DNA from: Vicinamibacterales bacterium
GTDB lineage: Bacteria > Acidobacteriota > Vicinamibacteria > Vicinamibacterales > JAMQPK01
Assembly: GCA_963762055.1 (NCBI GenBank)
Contig: CAVXJF010000013.1
Span: 13,877-77,876, forward strand
Length of the DNA stretch: 64,000 bases
Direction of reading: 5' to 3'
Part shown: piece by piece, positions 9,447 through 18,372 of the stretch
How positions within the stretch are numbered: position 1 is the first letter of the stretch
Layout of the letters: each line of letters begins with the position of its first letter
The notes under the pieces: model-generated
Database searches by the model: none
Told to the model about the DNA's origin: nothing
What the model saw: the letters and a program-made list of their open reading frames with translations, nothing else
Program-made: the position numbers and the translations under genes

Positions 9447-9972
9447 CCGCTGCCTTGCGCTTGCCGTATTGCTCGCGCCGGCGCCAGCGTTGGCGCAGGG
9501 CGCAAGACTTCAGCTCGATCAGCTCACCCGGCTTGCGGAGAAATCCGAAGAGACTGTCGACGTCAGCGTCGACACGGCAATGCTGAAGCAGGCTGCGGGC
9601 TTTCTTGCCGGGAAGGGCGCCGATGCCGACCAGCTCAACTCGATGGTCAACGACATCAGGGGAATCTATGTGAAGAGCTTCAAGTTCAGCACACCGAATG
9701 CCTATTCGGATTCCGACGTCGAGAGCGTCCGAAAGCAGGTGTCGGGATCGGCGTGGGCACGCGTCGTGAGCGTACGCGAAAAACAGCAGCTCACCGAGAT
9801 TTACATCTTCCGCGAAAAGGAAACCAACGGCGGCCTCGTGGTGCTCACGGCGCAGCCTGAAGAGTTCACGGTCGTCAATATCGTTGGCGAGATCAATCTT
9901 GCGTCGCTTGCCGCGCTGGGACCGATGATACCCAAGCTGCCCGAAGCCATCAGAAAGACCGTCCCGAAATGA
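9424..9972 (+). CDS. DUF4252-like secreted protein
   Basis: Signal peptide ...LLAPAPALAQG. GIYVKSFKF...LTEIYIFREKE...GGLVVLTAQPEEFTVVNIVGEINL matches my recollection of DUF4252, which commonly follows ECF/anti-sigma pairs. Confidence 0.65.
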   Translation: MNVRTTISRCLALAVLLAPAPALAQGARLQLDQLTRLAEKSEETVDVSVDTAMLKQAAGFLAGKGADADQLNSMVNDIRGIYVKSFKFSTPNAYSDSDVESVRKQVSGSAWARVVSVREKQQLTEIYIFREKETNGGLVVLTAQPEEFTVVNIVGEINLASLAALGPMIPKLPEAIRKTVPK

Positions 9973-10804
9973 CTACTTCAGCGCAATCTCGAATACCCGG
10001 GGCCACAGCTTCCCTGTCACGAAGATTCGGTTCTTCTGCTGATCGAACGCGATACCGTTGAGCACGGCATCCGCGCCCAGCTTGGCGTTGGGTGCGCCAA
10101 GCAGACCGGTGAGATTGATCCAGCCGAGCACGCGGCCGTCCTTTGGTGAGATGCGGACGATGTAGTCCGTCTGCCAGACATTCGCCCAGATCTCCCCGCG
10201 CACCACTTCGAGCTCGTTGAGCTGATCGATGGCCACGCCTGCGTCGACGACTTTCAGCTTGCGGCGCTCCTGAAATCGCGTCGGCTCGAGGAAACGCAGC
10301 GTACTGGTTCCGTCGCTCAAGATCAGGCCCGTGGCGTCGTGCGCGAGCCCCCAGCCTTCGCCGAAATAGGTGAAGTTGCGGATGAACTTCATCGTCTTGG
10401 CGTCGTAGACGAAGCCCTGACGATCCTGAAAGGTGACCTGAAACACCTTCCCCTGGGTAATGGTGATCGCCCTCGCCGAAATATTGCGGATGCAGCTTCT
10501 CTTCCTGCACCACTTTCCCGCTCTCGAGCTCGACCTTCCGGAGGGCTGAGCGCCCTTTGAGTCCCGTTCCTTCGTAGAGGAATCCGTCGAAATATTCGAG
10601 CCCTTGCGTAAAGGCGCGGGGGTCGTGTGGAAAGCTGCGGACGACGGTATATCCCGAAACCGGCGCCTTCGACGCGGGCGGTGGAAGGTTTCTCGCCGGC
10701 AGCCCCTTGGGCGCCTGGGCCGAGACGAGGAGGGTGGCGGCCATTGCGAGCGGCAGAGCGCAGCTCAAGGTGCGCCCCACTGGAAAGGACATCAGTTTCG
10801 ACAT
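9973..10804 (-). pseudogene. Glutaminyl-peptide cyclotransferase (beta-propeller, plant/bacterial type) interrupted by a 1-nt frameshift
   Basis: The N-terminal ~110 aa lie in ORF 9950..10804 (...FPHDPRAFTQGLEYFDGFLYEGTGLKGRSALRKVELESGKVV...YFGEG). The C-terminus lies in ORF 9973..10446, whose frame reads ITITQGKVFQVTFQDRQGFVYD... upstream of its GTG. The two join only if one G near 10468-10472 is removed. Confidence 0.8.
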
Positions 10805-10878
10805 AGCGGAATGGTACGCGTTTCCATCGCGGAGTTCCAGCGCGGGCGCGGAAGCTCGAGCACAGTTACAATGGCCGG

Positions 10879-11892
10879 ATGACCACGATGGCCTCGCCCG
10901 CGGGCAGCGTCATTGCCAGCGTCGCGTATTCGAACGGCCGGCGGATCGGCGACGTGCCGCTCGACGACATCAGCGACGTCATCGAACGCGCCGACTCGTT
11001 CGTGTGGATTGGCCTCTTCGAGCCCGACGAGCCGCTCCTTCGCAAGATGCAGGAGGAGTTCGGGCTCCACGATCTCGCGATCGAGGACGCGCTGGCGGCC
11101 CATCAGCGGCCGAAGCTCGAACGTTACGAGAACTCGCTGTTCATCGTGCTCCGGACCGCTCAGATCAAGGATCAGCAACCCACTGAAGCGTGCACCGTTC
11201 AATACGGCGAGATTCACGTGTTCCTCGGGCAGAACTTCATTCTCACCGTCCGCCACGGCTACGCGACCTCGTTTACGAACGTGCGCACGCGGGTCGAGTC
11301 ATTGCCCGAGCTGCTCAAGCTCGGTCCTTCGGTGGCGCTCTACGCGATCATGGACTTCATCGTCGATCAGTACTTTCCGATCGTCGACGCGCTCGGCGAG
11401 GAGCTCGAGATGCTCGAGCAGCGCATCCTCAGCGAGCCGTTCAGCCGGGACAGCACTACGCAGATCTATAAGCTCAAACGCGACCTGATCTCGATGAAGC
11501 GCATCGTCGCCCCGGTCATCGAATTGTCGGGGCGGCTCCAGCGCTTCGAAGATGAAACACTCATCCCGGCGCCGACTCGTCTGTATTTCAGGGATGTCTT
11601 CGACCACACGCTTCGCATCAACGAGATGATCGACAGCGTGCAGGACCTGCTGGGCACCGCGCTCGAAGCGCATCTGTCTATGCTGTCGGTGTCGCAGAAC
11701 GAAGACATGCGCCGCCTGGCCGCGTATGCAGCCATTTTTGCCGTGGCGACGGCTATTGCAGGCATCTACGGCATGAACTTCGAGTACATGCCCGAGTTGC
11801 GCTGGCGGCTGGGATATCCATTCGCCATAGCGCTCATCGGGCTTTCGTGCTGGTGGGTGTATTACCGCTTCAAAAAAGCGAAGTGGTTATAG
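10879..11892 (+). CDS. corA: Magnesium/cobalt transporter CorA
   Basis: 337 aa with the YGMNFEYMPEL (GMN) motif followed by the final TM helix. Confidence 0.9.
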   Translation: MTTMASPAGSVIASVAYSNGRRIGDVPLDDISDVIERADSFVWIGLFEPDEPLLRKMQEEFGLHDLAIEDALAAHQRPKLERYENSLFIVLRTAQIKDQQPTEACTVQYGEIHVFLGQNFILTVRHGYATSFTNVRTRVESLPELLKLGPSVALYAIMDFIVDQYFPIVDALGEELEMLEQRILSEPFSRDSTTQIYKLKRDLISMKRIVAPVIELSGRLQRFEDETLIPAPTRLYFRDVFDHTLRINEMIDSVQDLLGTALEAHLSMLSVSQNEDMRRLAAYAAIFAVATAIAGIYGMNFEYMPELRWRLGYPFAIALIGLSCWWVYYRFKKAKWL

Positions 11893-12028
11893 CCGGTATC
11901 GTTAGAACGAGGACTTGGGCCCTCCAGCCGGCAGCCAGGGGTTCCGAGACGATCCAGGTGGGAACGGGTTGAAGTTTACCGGAGGGGGGGCCGCGTTGGG
12001 CCGGCAGCAGCGTTCGGCGTAGGACAAC

Positions 12029-12057
12029 TTGACGGTTGTTCAAGGCGCAGCGAGAAT
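12029..12057 (+). promoter_or_regulatory. Candidate sigma-70 promoter, possibly giving a leaderless rhodanese mRNA
   Basis: TTGACG (12029-12034), 17-nt spacer, GAGAAT (12052-12057). The GTG start at 12064 lies 6 nt after the -10 and has no Shine-Dalgarno. Confidence 0.3.
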
Positions 12058-12063
12058 AGCGCC

Positions 12064-12435
12064 GTGCCCGTCGAACGCATCAGCAAGGAACAACTCAAAG
12101 AACGCATGGATCAAGGCCAGAAGCCGACGATCCTCGACGTCCGCCTGAAATACGCTTACGAACACAGCACGGTCAAGCTGCCGGGGGCGATTCGAGTGCC
12201 ACCGTATGCAATCGACTCGGTCAGCATCCCGGCCGGCGGCGACATCGTCGCCTACGATTCCGACCCTAACGAGCTGGTCAGCACCCGCGTCGCCGGGGAG
12301 CTGCTGCGCAAGGGCATCAAGGTTCAAGTCCTCAAAGGCGGGGTCCCGGAATGGCTGGCCGCCAACTTCCCCATCGAAACGAAGGAAGCACCACGCTCGG
12401 CGCCACCCGAACCTGGCTCCCTCGCGAAGGGCTAG
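12064..12435 (+). CDS. Rhodanese-like domain protein
   Basis: 123 aa. ...KPTILDVRLKYAYEHSTVKLPGAIRVPP...IVAYDSDPNE...LKGGVPEW has a rhodanese fold pattern. No catalytic Cys is obvious where one is expected. Confidence 0.7.
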   Translation: MPVERISKEQLKERMDQGQKPTILDVRLKYAYEHSTVKLPGAIRVPPYAIDSVSIPAGGDIVAYDSDPNELVSTRVAGELLRKGIKVQVLKGGVPEWLAANFPIETKEAPRSAPPEPGSLAKG

Positions 12436-14291
12436 CTGCCGCACTTCTGGCAGTTGTCGCGTTCTGTTGTTATTACGCGACGCTGCTTCCAGGGCTCGAC
12501 CTCGGCGATAGCTCGTCCTTTCAGACATTCGCCGGTTCTCTCACGCTAACGCCACGTCAGGCTTACCCGCTTTATTACGCGCTCGGCAATCTGTTCGTCT
12601 GGCTGCATCCTGGGGAACCGGCGCGGGCCATGAACTTCGCCTCAGCGGTGTACGGCGCCCTTGCCGTAGGGCTGACGGTCTGGTTGGGAGCCCGGCTGTT
12701 CGACTCGCTCCTCGCCGGCCTTGGGGCCGGCCTCTTCCTCGCGTTTTCCTACACCTTCTGGTCGCAGGCGGTCACCGCAGAGGTGTACACGCTGCACCTG
12801 CTCATTTTTGCCGCCGCCACGATCGCCCTCATCGCCTGGGCCGATCGGCCATCGGCAGGAAAACTCGCGGTCTTTTACGGAATCTACGCCATCGGGTTTG
12901 GCAATCACCTCAGCATGGTGCTGCTGCTCCCGGCGTTCGCGCTGTTTCTGCTGATGCACCGCCGCGTTGCACAACATGGCGATCCGCTGCGCCCTCCATT
13001 AATCGCGCTCGCACTCGGAATAGCGTTTCTCGGCGCGCTCCAATATGCCTGGAACTTCCGCGGCTTGTGGACAACGCTCGAACCGCCCTCTTCCTTCTCA
13101 GAAGGGCTTGGGAAATTCTGGTTCGACGTCACCAAGGCCGACTGGCGTGAAACGCTCGTCATGAGCGTGTCCGAGACCGGACTGCAGACGAGACCGGCCA
13201 TGTATTGGTTCGATCTACGGCAGCAAGTTGGGCTGCCGGGCGTATTCCTGGCGTGCATCGGGTTCGTTTATGCGATGGCCCGCTGGCCGCGGCGGAGTGT
13301 GCTGCTTGCGCTGCTCTTCGCGACAAACATGGCCTTCGCGTGGACGTACAACGTCGGCGACGCGTACATCTTCTTCCTGCCGTCGCATTACGTCATCGCG
13401 CTCTGGGCCGGCGCGGGCCTCGCGGCTGCGGCATGGACGCTCTCGAGAATCGTTTCGCCTGCATTCGCAACTTCGGCCGCAACCCTGCTCTTGTTGTATC
13501 CGGTATGGCGCGGATACGACACCTTTCCTGCCGTTGACCGCAGCTGGGACACACGCGCTGAGTCGCTGCTCTCCGAGTTCACCGCGCGCGAAGATGCGGC
13601 ATACGGCGTCGATACCAACTGGCAAATCCAGAACGCGTTCGAATACTTCATGAAGAGCCGGCGGCCGCACGTGCCGTGGTTCGCAACTGAGGAACTTCCG
13701 TGGGTAGACACCGGCGCATTGGCGAGACTCGTCGATGACAATCATGCGATCGGGCGCGAGGTCATCATCACTCCACACGCATACCGGAAGTTGCACGCTC
13801 GAGGGAATCCCTCCTCCTCGACCGGACCAGACGACTTCATGACCCGCGTAAGAGCGTTGCCGCCCGGCGCGCCTTACGTGCTCGGCATGCTTCGTCCCGA
13901 CTGGGAATTCCCGATCGACAATTCCGAGCTCGCCGAAGCCTGGGCATGGCTCACCGGAGGGTCGACACAGGTCCCGGAGCCACGTAACTTCGTCGTCGTC
14001 GCGGGTCACATCGGTGAAGCGCCCATGCTGTTCCACTCGGCCGACGAGCCGTATCGCGTTCGAGCGCGCCTCGCATCCTTCGACCTCGATATCAGGATGA
14101 CGTCCTGGCTGCCTACCGATACCATCCGCCGGGCGGGGTTCGGTCACGTCATCGTCGACCGGAAACATGCCCTGACGCTCGAGCGGGGGCTGAGTTTCGT
14201 GGCACTCGTACCGGGCGGATACACGGCATATGGCGCGAGCCTCTTCGCCCCTATCCCAAGGCTGCGACTGGGGATAAGGGACGAGCCGTAG
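12351..14291 (+). CDS. DUF2723 / TMEM260-like polytopic membrane protein (GT-C glycosyltransferase-like)
   Basis: YYATLLPGLDLGDSSSFQTFAGSLTLTPRQAYPLYYALGNLF..., multiple TM helices and a large C-terminal soluble domain. The start is uncertain: ATG 12351 overlaps the rhodanese gene by 85 nt, and the only downstream in-frame alternative is CTG 12447. Confidence 0.7.
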   Translation: MAGRQLPHRNEGSTTLGATRTWLPREGLAAALLAVVAFCCYYATLLPGLDLGDSSSFQTFAGSLTLTPRQAYPLYYALGNLFVWLHPGEPARAMNFASAVYGALAVGLTVWLGARLFDSLLAGLGAGLFLAFSYTFWSQAVTAEVYTLHLLIFAAATIALIAWADRPSAGKLAVFYGIYAIGFGNHLSMVLLLPAFALFLLMHRRVAQHGDPLRPPLIALALGIAFLGALQYAWNFRGLWTTLEPPSSFSEGLGKFWFDVTKADWRETLVMSVSETGLQTRPAMYWFDLRQQVGLPGVFLACIGFVYAMARWPRRSVLLALLFATNMAFAWTYNVGDAYIFFLPSHYVIALWAGAGLAAAAWTLSRIVSPAFATSAATLLLLYPVWRGYDTFPAVDRSWDTRAESLLSEFTAREDAAYGVDTNWQIQNAFEYFMKSRRPHVPWFATEELPWVDTGALARLVDDNHAIGREVIITPHAYRKLHARGNPSSSTGPDDFMTRVRALPPGAPYVLGMLRPDWEFPIDNSELAEAWAWLTGGSTQVPEPRNFVVVAGHIGEAPMLFHSADEPYRVRARLASFDLDIRMTSWLPTDTIRRAGFGHVIVDRKHALTLERGLSFVALVPGGYTAYGASLFAPIPRLRLGIRDEP

Positions 14292-14319
14292 GCTCGAGCG
14301 TGTTATCGTGTAATCTACG

Positions 14320-14970
14320 GTGCAGGTCCGTTTCCTCTCGGCAGCCCTAGTTCTCTTTGTATCCGCAGCATCCGCGGCGCAGTCTCCGTCCGCGGAGACG
14401 ACCGCCGCCAATTTGCAGCGGAAATACGATCGCGTCAGCGACTTCTCTACCGATTTCGTTCACAGCTATCGCGGCGGCGTGCTGAAACAACAAGCGACCG
14501 AACGCGGACGCCTGTTGGTGAAGAAGCCAGGAAAGATGCGCTGGGAATACACGTCTCCCGAGAAAAAGCTGTTCGTATCGGACGGACGGAAGATTTATTC
14601 GTACATCCCCCTGGACAAGCAAGTGATCGTCGGGACGATGCCCCAGGGTGATCAGGCGCCGACGCCGGCGCTGTTTCTGACCGGGAGGGGCAATATCACC
14701 CGCGACTTCAACGTGGCATTCGACAAAGTACCTGACGCGCCAGCCGGGTCGGTGGCGCTCAAGCTCACGCCGAAGCGGCGCGAGCCCGAATACGAATCGC
14801 TGACGCTGGTCGTCGATTCCCAGACTTTCAACCTTCAAATGTTGATCACCGTCGACGCGCAGGGAGGTCGGTCCGCCTTCACCTTCTCCAATCTCAAGGA
14901 GAACGTCGGCCTTGCCGATAATCAGTTCGTCTTCCAGATGCCGCGCAATGTCGACGTGGTGACTCAATGA
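14320..14970 (+). CDS. lolA: LolA-like outer-membrane lipoprotein carrier protein
   Basis: Signal peptide, then LQRKYDRVSDFSTDFVHSYRGGVLKQQATERGRLLVKKPGKMRWEYTSPEKKLFVSDGRKIYSYIP, the LolA pattern. Confidence 0.8.
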   Translation: MQVRFLSAALVLFVSAASAAQSPSAETTAANLQRKYDRVSDFSTDFVHSYRGGVLKQQATERGRLLVKKPGKMRWEYTSPEKKLFVSDGRKIYSYIPLDKQVIVGTMPQGDQAPTPALFLTGRGNITRDFNVAFDKVPDAPAGSVALKLTPKRREPEYESLTLVVDSQTFNLQMLITVDAQGGRSAFTFSNLKENVGLADNQFVFQMPRNVDVVTQ

Positions 14971-16820
14971 GCCGGTGCCTCGCCGGGCTCTGGATCCTGG
15001 TGATGCTGTCCGGCTGCGCGACCGCCACGGCCCTCCGCGACGGGCGGCAAGCGGAAGAGCGGCAGGACTACGATCTGGCTGTCGTCGAATACACGCGCGC
15101 CCTGAACAGCGATCCGGACAGCACGACGGCACGCAGCGGCCTGCAGCGTGCCAGGCTGCGCGCCTCACAGGACCACTTCACTCGTGCCCGCCGTCTTTCC
15201 GCCATGGGGCGGCTCGAAGAAGCCGTCGCCGAGTATCAGCTCGCGTCCGAACTGAACCCGGACAACCGCGTCCTTGCCGATGAACTGAAAGCGACGCAGA
15301 ACCTGCTGCGCGCGAAGGTTCCTGTGAATCGCGACGGCAAGACCGAGCTCGAGGCGCTGGTCGAGCGCATGAAAAATCAGCCTGTGCCGGGCATGGTAGT
15401 GCCCGCCGAGCCGCTGCCAGAGTCGATGAGCTTTCGGAGCGCCGGCAGCGACATCGTCATTCGCGCGCTCGCGCAGCTGGCCAAGGTGAACGTAGTGTTC
15501 GATCCGGCGTTTCAGCCGATACCGATCACCATCGACGTGCGCAATCAGACGTTCGGCGAAGCGCTTCAATCGATTACGAACAGCACAAGAACGTTTTATC
15601 GCGTCACTGCACCGCGCACCATTACCATCATTCCGGACACGCCCGCGAAGCGCAAAGAGTACAAAGCGGAAGTGGTGCGGACCTTCTATCTAAGCAACGC
15701 CGATGTGAAGGAAACGATGGATCTGCTGCGCATCGTGATCGACGCGCGCCGCATCGCTGCAATCGCAGGGACCAACGCCATCACGATCACCGACACCGGC
15801 GAGCGCGTCGTCGCCGCCGGGATGTTGATCGACAGGATCGACAAGGCACGTCCGGAAGTGTTGATCGACGTCGAGGTGCTCGAGGTCAATCGCAACAGAC
15901 TTCGCGAATACGGCCTCCAGCTGGCATCGCCGGGCTCTGGAACGGCCGGGATTAGCGGGAGCATCGACGTCAATCAGCCGGGACTGACGCTCGAAGACCT
16001 CGGAAATCTGACGAGCTCGCAGGTGTTCCTCACTGGCGTTCCCGCGTTGTATTACCGTCTGCTGAAAGAGGACCGGACCACCAGGGTGCTGGCGAATCCT
16101 CAGCTTCGGACCATGGTGGGGATTGCGGCACAGGCGCGATTCGGCGAACAGGTTCCGGTGCCGATTACGCAGTTCTCCCCCATCGCAACGGGCGGTATCG
16201 CACAGCAGCCGATTACCTCGTACGACTATCGCGACATCGGCGTCAACATCGACATCACGCCGAGAGTGCACCTCGACAACGACGTCACGCTTACGCTTGC
16301 CGTGTCCGTCACGAGCGTTTCCGGCGTCGGCTTCGGAGGGATCCCTACTTTCGGCAACCGCTCCATCAAGACGCAGATCAGATTGAAAGACGGCGAGACG
16401 AACATGCTCGCCGGGCTCATCCGCGACGATGAACGGCGGGTGCGTGATGGCATCCCGGGGCTGAGCGATTTGCCTGGCGTCGGACGCATGTTCGGCCACT
16501 CGCGCGACGAGCGCCAGCAGACCGACGTCATTCTGGTGCTGACGCCGCGAATCGTCCGCGTCCTGGAGCTGACGGAGGAAGACCTCCGCGCATTTCAAGT
16601 CGGCCGGGATGCGGGGGCACCCTTTGGAGCCGCCGCACCACCCGGCCCTGCGGCTCCGGCTCCTGGCGGAACTGATCTGCCGCTGCCCGGCAGCCCTCAG
16701 CCCTCGGCTCCCGTGCAACCCGGACCGCTTCCAGGCGCGCCCCCAATTGGGCCGATCTTGCCTCCGGCGCCGCCGCCCCTTCAGCCGCCCCCAAATCCGA
16801 ACCAACCTGCGCCGCAATAA
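14967..16820 (+). CDS. Lipoprotein secretin (GspD/PilQ family) with N-terminal TPR and a Pro-rich C-terminal tail
   Basis: Lipobox LSGC. TPR-like segment. Secretin core LANPQLRTMVG...GETNMLAGLIRDDERRVRDGIPGLSDLPGVGRMFG...DVILVLTPRIV. Final ~60 aa are P-rich. Its ATG overlaps the lolA stop (ATGA). Confidence 0.85.
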   Translation: MSRCLAGLWILVMLSGCATATALRDGRQAEERQDYDLAVVEYTRALNSDPDSTTARSGLQRARLRASQDHFTRARRLSAMGRLEEAVAEYQLASELNPDNRVLADELKATQNLLRAKVPVNRDGKTELEALVERMKNQPVPGMVVPAEPLPESMSFRSAGSDIVIRALAQLAKVNVVFDPAFQPIPITIDVRNQTFGEALQSITNSTRTFYRVTAPRTITIIPDTPAKRKEYKAEVVRTFYLSNADVKETMDLLRIVIDARRIAAIAGTNAITITDTGERVVAAGMLIDRIDKARPEVLIDVEVLEVNRNRLREYGLQLASPGSGTAGISGSIDVNQPGLTLEDLGNLTSSQVFLTGVPALYYRLLKEDRTTRVLANPQLRTMVGIAAQARFGEQVPVPITQFSPIATGGIAQQPITSYDYRDIGVNIDITPRVHLDNDVTLTLAVSVTSVSGVGFGGIPTFGNRSIKTQIRLKDGETNMLAGLIRDDERRVRDGIPGLSDLPGVGRMFGHSRDERQQTDVILVLTPRIVRVLELTEEDLRAFQVGRDAGAPFGAAAPPGPAAPAPGGTDLPLPGSPQPSAPVQPGPLPGAPPIGPILPPAPPPLQPPPNPNQPAPQ

Positions 16821-16821
16821 C

Positions 16822-18372
16822 ATGCGCCGGCAGGGAGTCGCGGCATTGCCTCCTGTGGTGGCGCGCGCGAGCGCTCATGGCACGCGCGTGGCCATCATCG
16901 ACACGCAAGGCTCATACACATACGAGCAGCTCGATCGGTCGTCCTCGGAGATCGCTATCCGGATCCTTGATGGCCGCGAAGATCTCAACGAGAACCGCGT
17001 CGCGTTCCTGATCACTCCCGGGTTCAACTGGGTCGCCGTGCAATGGGCCATCTGGCGCGCGGGCGGGATTTGCGTGCCGTTGCCGATGAACCACCCGCCA
17101 GCCGAGCTCGACTACCTGATTCGGGACGCCGAAACGTCAATCGTTCTCGCCGACGCCGACAATGCCGCGGTTGGCGAGCCCCTCGCGCGATCCTCCGGAG
17201 CGGTGTTTCACACGATTGACCCGCACCCGTCGCATCCAGCAAATGTACGTAGTGTCCGCCTTCAGGCGGACGCGGCGAGTCCGGTTAAAGCCGGACACTA
17301 CGCACAAATGGAAAACGCTCGCGCAACGATCGTTTACACGAGTGGCACGACGGGGCGTCCGAAAGGCGTGGTGACGACACATGCGGCGCTGAACGCGCAG
17401 ATCGAATCGCTCGTCACGGCGTGGGAATGGACCGCTTCAGATCGCACCCTACTGACGCTGCCGCTGCATCACGTCCACGGTATTCTCAACGTCGTGTGCT
17501 GCGCGCTACACAGCGGCGCCGTACTCGAGATGCTGCCGAAATTCGACAGTGAAACTGTGTGGAATCGTCTGTCGTCGGGAGAGCTGACCGTGTTCAGCGC
17601 GGTGCCGACCATCTACCACCGCCTGATTCGTTCATGGGAGGCGGCGAGCCCTGATGTCCAGCAGGCACGTTCTCGCGGATGCCGTGCGATGCGTCTGATG
17701 ATGTCGGGGTCGGCCGCGCTCCCGCGGACTGTTCTCGATCGCTGGCACGAAATCACCGGGCACGTGCTGCTCGAGCGGTATGGCATGACGGAAGTCGGCA
17801 TGGCGCTGTCGAACCCGCTACACGGCACGCGCCGCCCGGGCTTTGTCGGCCAGCCGCTGCCCGGTGTTTCGGCGCGAATCGTCGACGGCGAGCTCCAGCT
17901 GAAAGGACCGGGCGTGTTCTCGGAATATTGGCGGCAGCCCGAGAGCACCGGGGAATCGTTCGTCGATGGCTGGTTTCGCACCGGTGACGCCGCCGTCGTG
18001 GAAGACGGCGCTTACAGGCTGCTCGGACGAACGAGCGTCGACATTCTCAAGAGCGCAGGGCACAAGATCTCTGCGCTCGAAATCGAAGAGGTGCTTCGCA
18101 CGCATCCTTCGATCTCTGAATGTGTGGTCGTCGGTGTCGAGGACGTCGAATGGGGACAGCGCGTCTGCTGCGCGGCCGAACTTCGTGAGGGCGGCACTCT
18201 CGATCTTGACGAGCTGCGGGCGTGGGCCAGGACGCGCCTGGCCCCTTACAAAATCCCGAGGGATCTGGCGTGCGTCAGGCACCTCCCCAGAAATGCCATG
18301 GGCAAAGTCGTCAAACCTGAGGTACTGACACTCTTTGCTCCACCTGCTCGACCTGGGCCCCAAGCATCTTGA
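16822..18372 (+). CDS. AMP-dependent acyl-CoA synthetase/ligase
   Basis: Start at ATG 16822, 2 nt after the secretin TAA. AMP-binding motif IVYTSGTTGRPKGV; GYGMTE-like ERYGMTEVG; C-terminal KIPR...GKV. Confidence 0.85.
   Translation: MRRQGVAALPPVVARASAHGTRVAIIDTQGSYTYEQLDRSSSEIAIRILDGREDLNENRVAFLITPGFNWVAVQWAIWRAGGICVPLPMNHPPAELDYLIRDAETSIVLADADNAAVGEPLARSSGAVFHTIDPHPSHPANVRSVRLQADAASPVKAGHYAQMENARATIVYTSGTTGRPKGVVTTHAALNAQIESLVTAWEWTASDRTLLTLPLHHVHGILNVVCCALHSGAVLEMLPKFDSETVWNRLSSGELTVFSAVPTIYHRLIRSWEAASPDVQQARSRGCRAMRLMMSGSAALPRTVLDRWHEITGHVLLERYGMTEVGMALSNPLHGTRRPGFVGQPLPGVSARIVDGELQLKGPGVFSEYWRQPESTGESFVDGWFRTGDAAVVEDGAYRLLGRTSVDILKSAGHKISALEIEEVLRTHPSISECVVVGVEDVEWGQRVCCAAELREGGTLDLDELRAWARTRLAPYKIPRDLACVRHLPRNAMGKVVKPEVLTLFAPPARPGPQAS
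17248..17302 (+). repeat. REP-like hairpin dimer embedded in frame in the acyl-CoA synthetase CDS
   Basis: cGTAGTGTCCGCCttcaGGCGGACgcggcgaGTCCGGttaaagCCGGACACTACg. It has 11-bp outer inverted arms and two inner hairpins. The second hairpin is the same motif as at 28519-28537 and 36909-36928. Confidence 0.8.

Noticed and set aside
11893-12063. Scanned the larger repeat-free spacers (11893-12063, 42468-42560, 52407-52542, 53758-53868, 56819-56908, 57900-58007, 63829-63914) for tRNA, tmRNA, 6S, SRP or RNase P RNA.
   Set aside because: I could not find a cloverleaf, T-loop GTTCNANNC, or other conserved cores by eye. This cannot exclude small RNAs; a covariance-model scan would be needed.
17240-17309. 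CAAATG direct repeats flanking the intragenic REP dimer, as a possible target-site duplication.
   Set aside because: The two copies are 64 nt apart, which is not a multiple of 3. A simple insertion plus duplication would not preserve the reading frame that is in fact preserved, and a 6-nt match can easily be chance.
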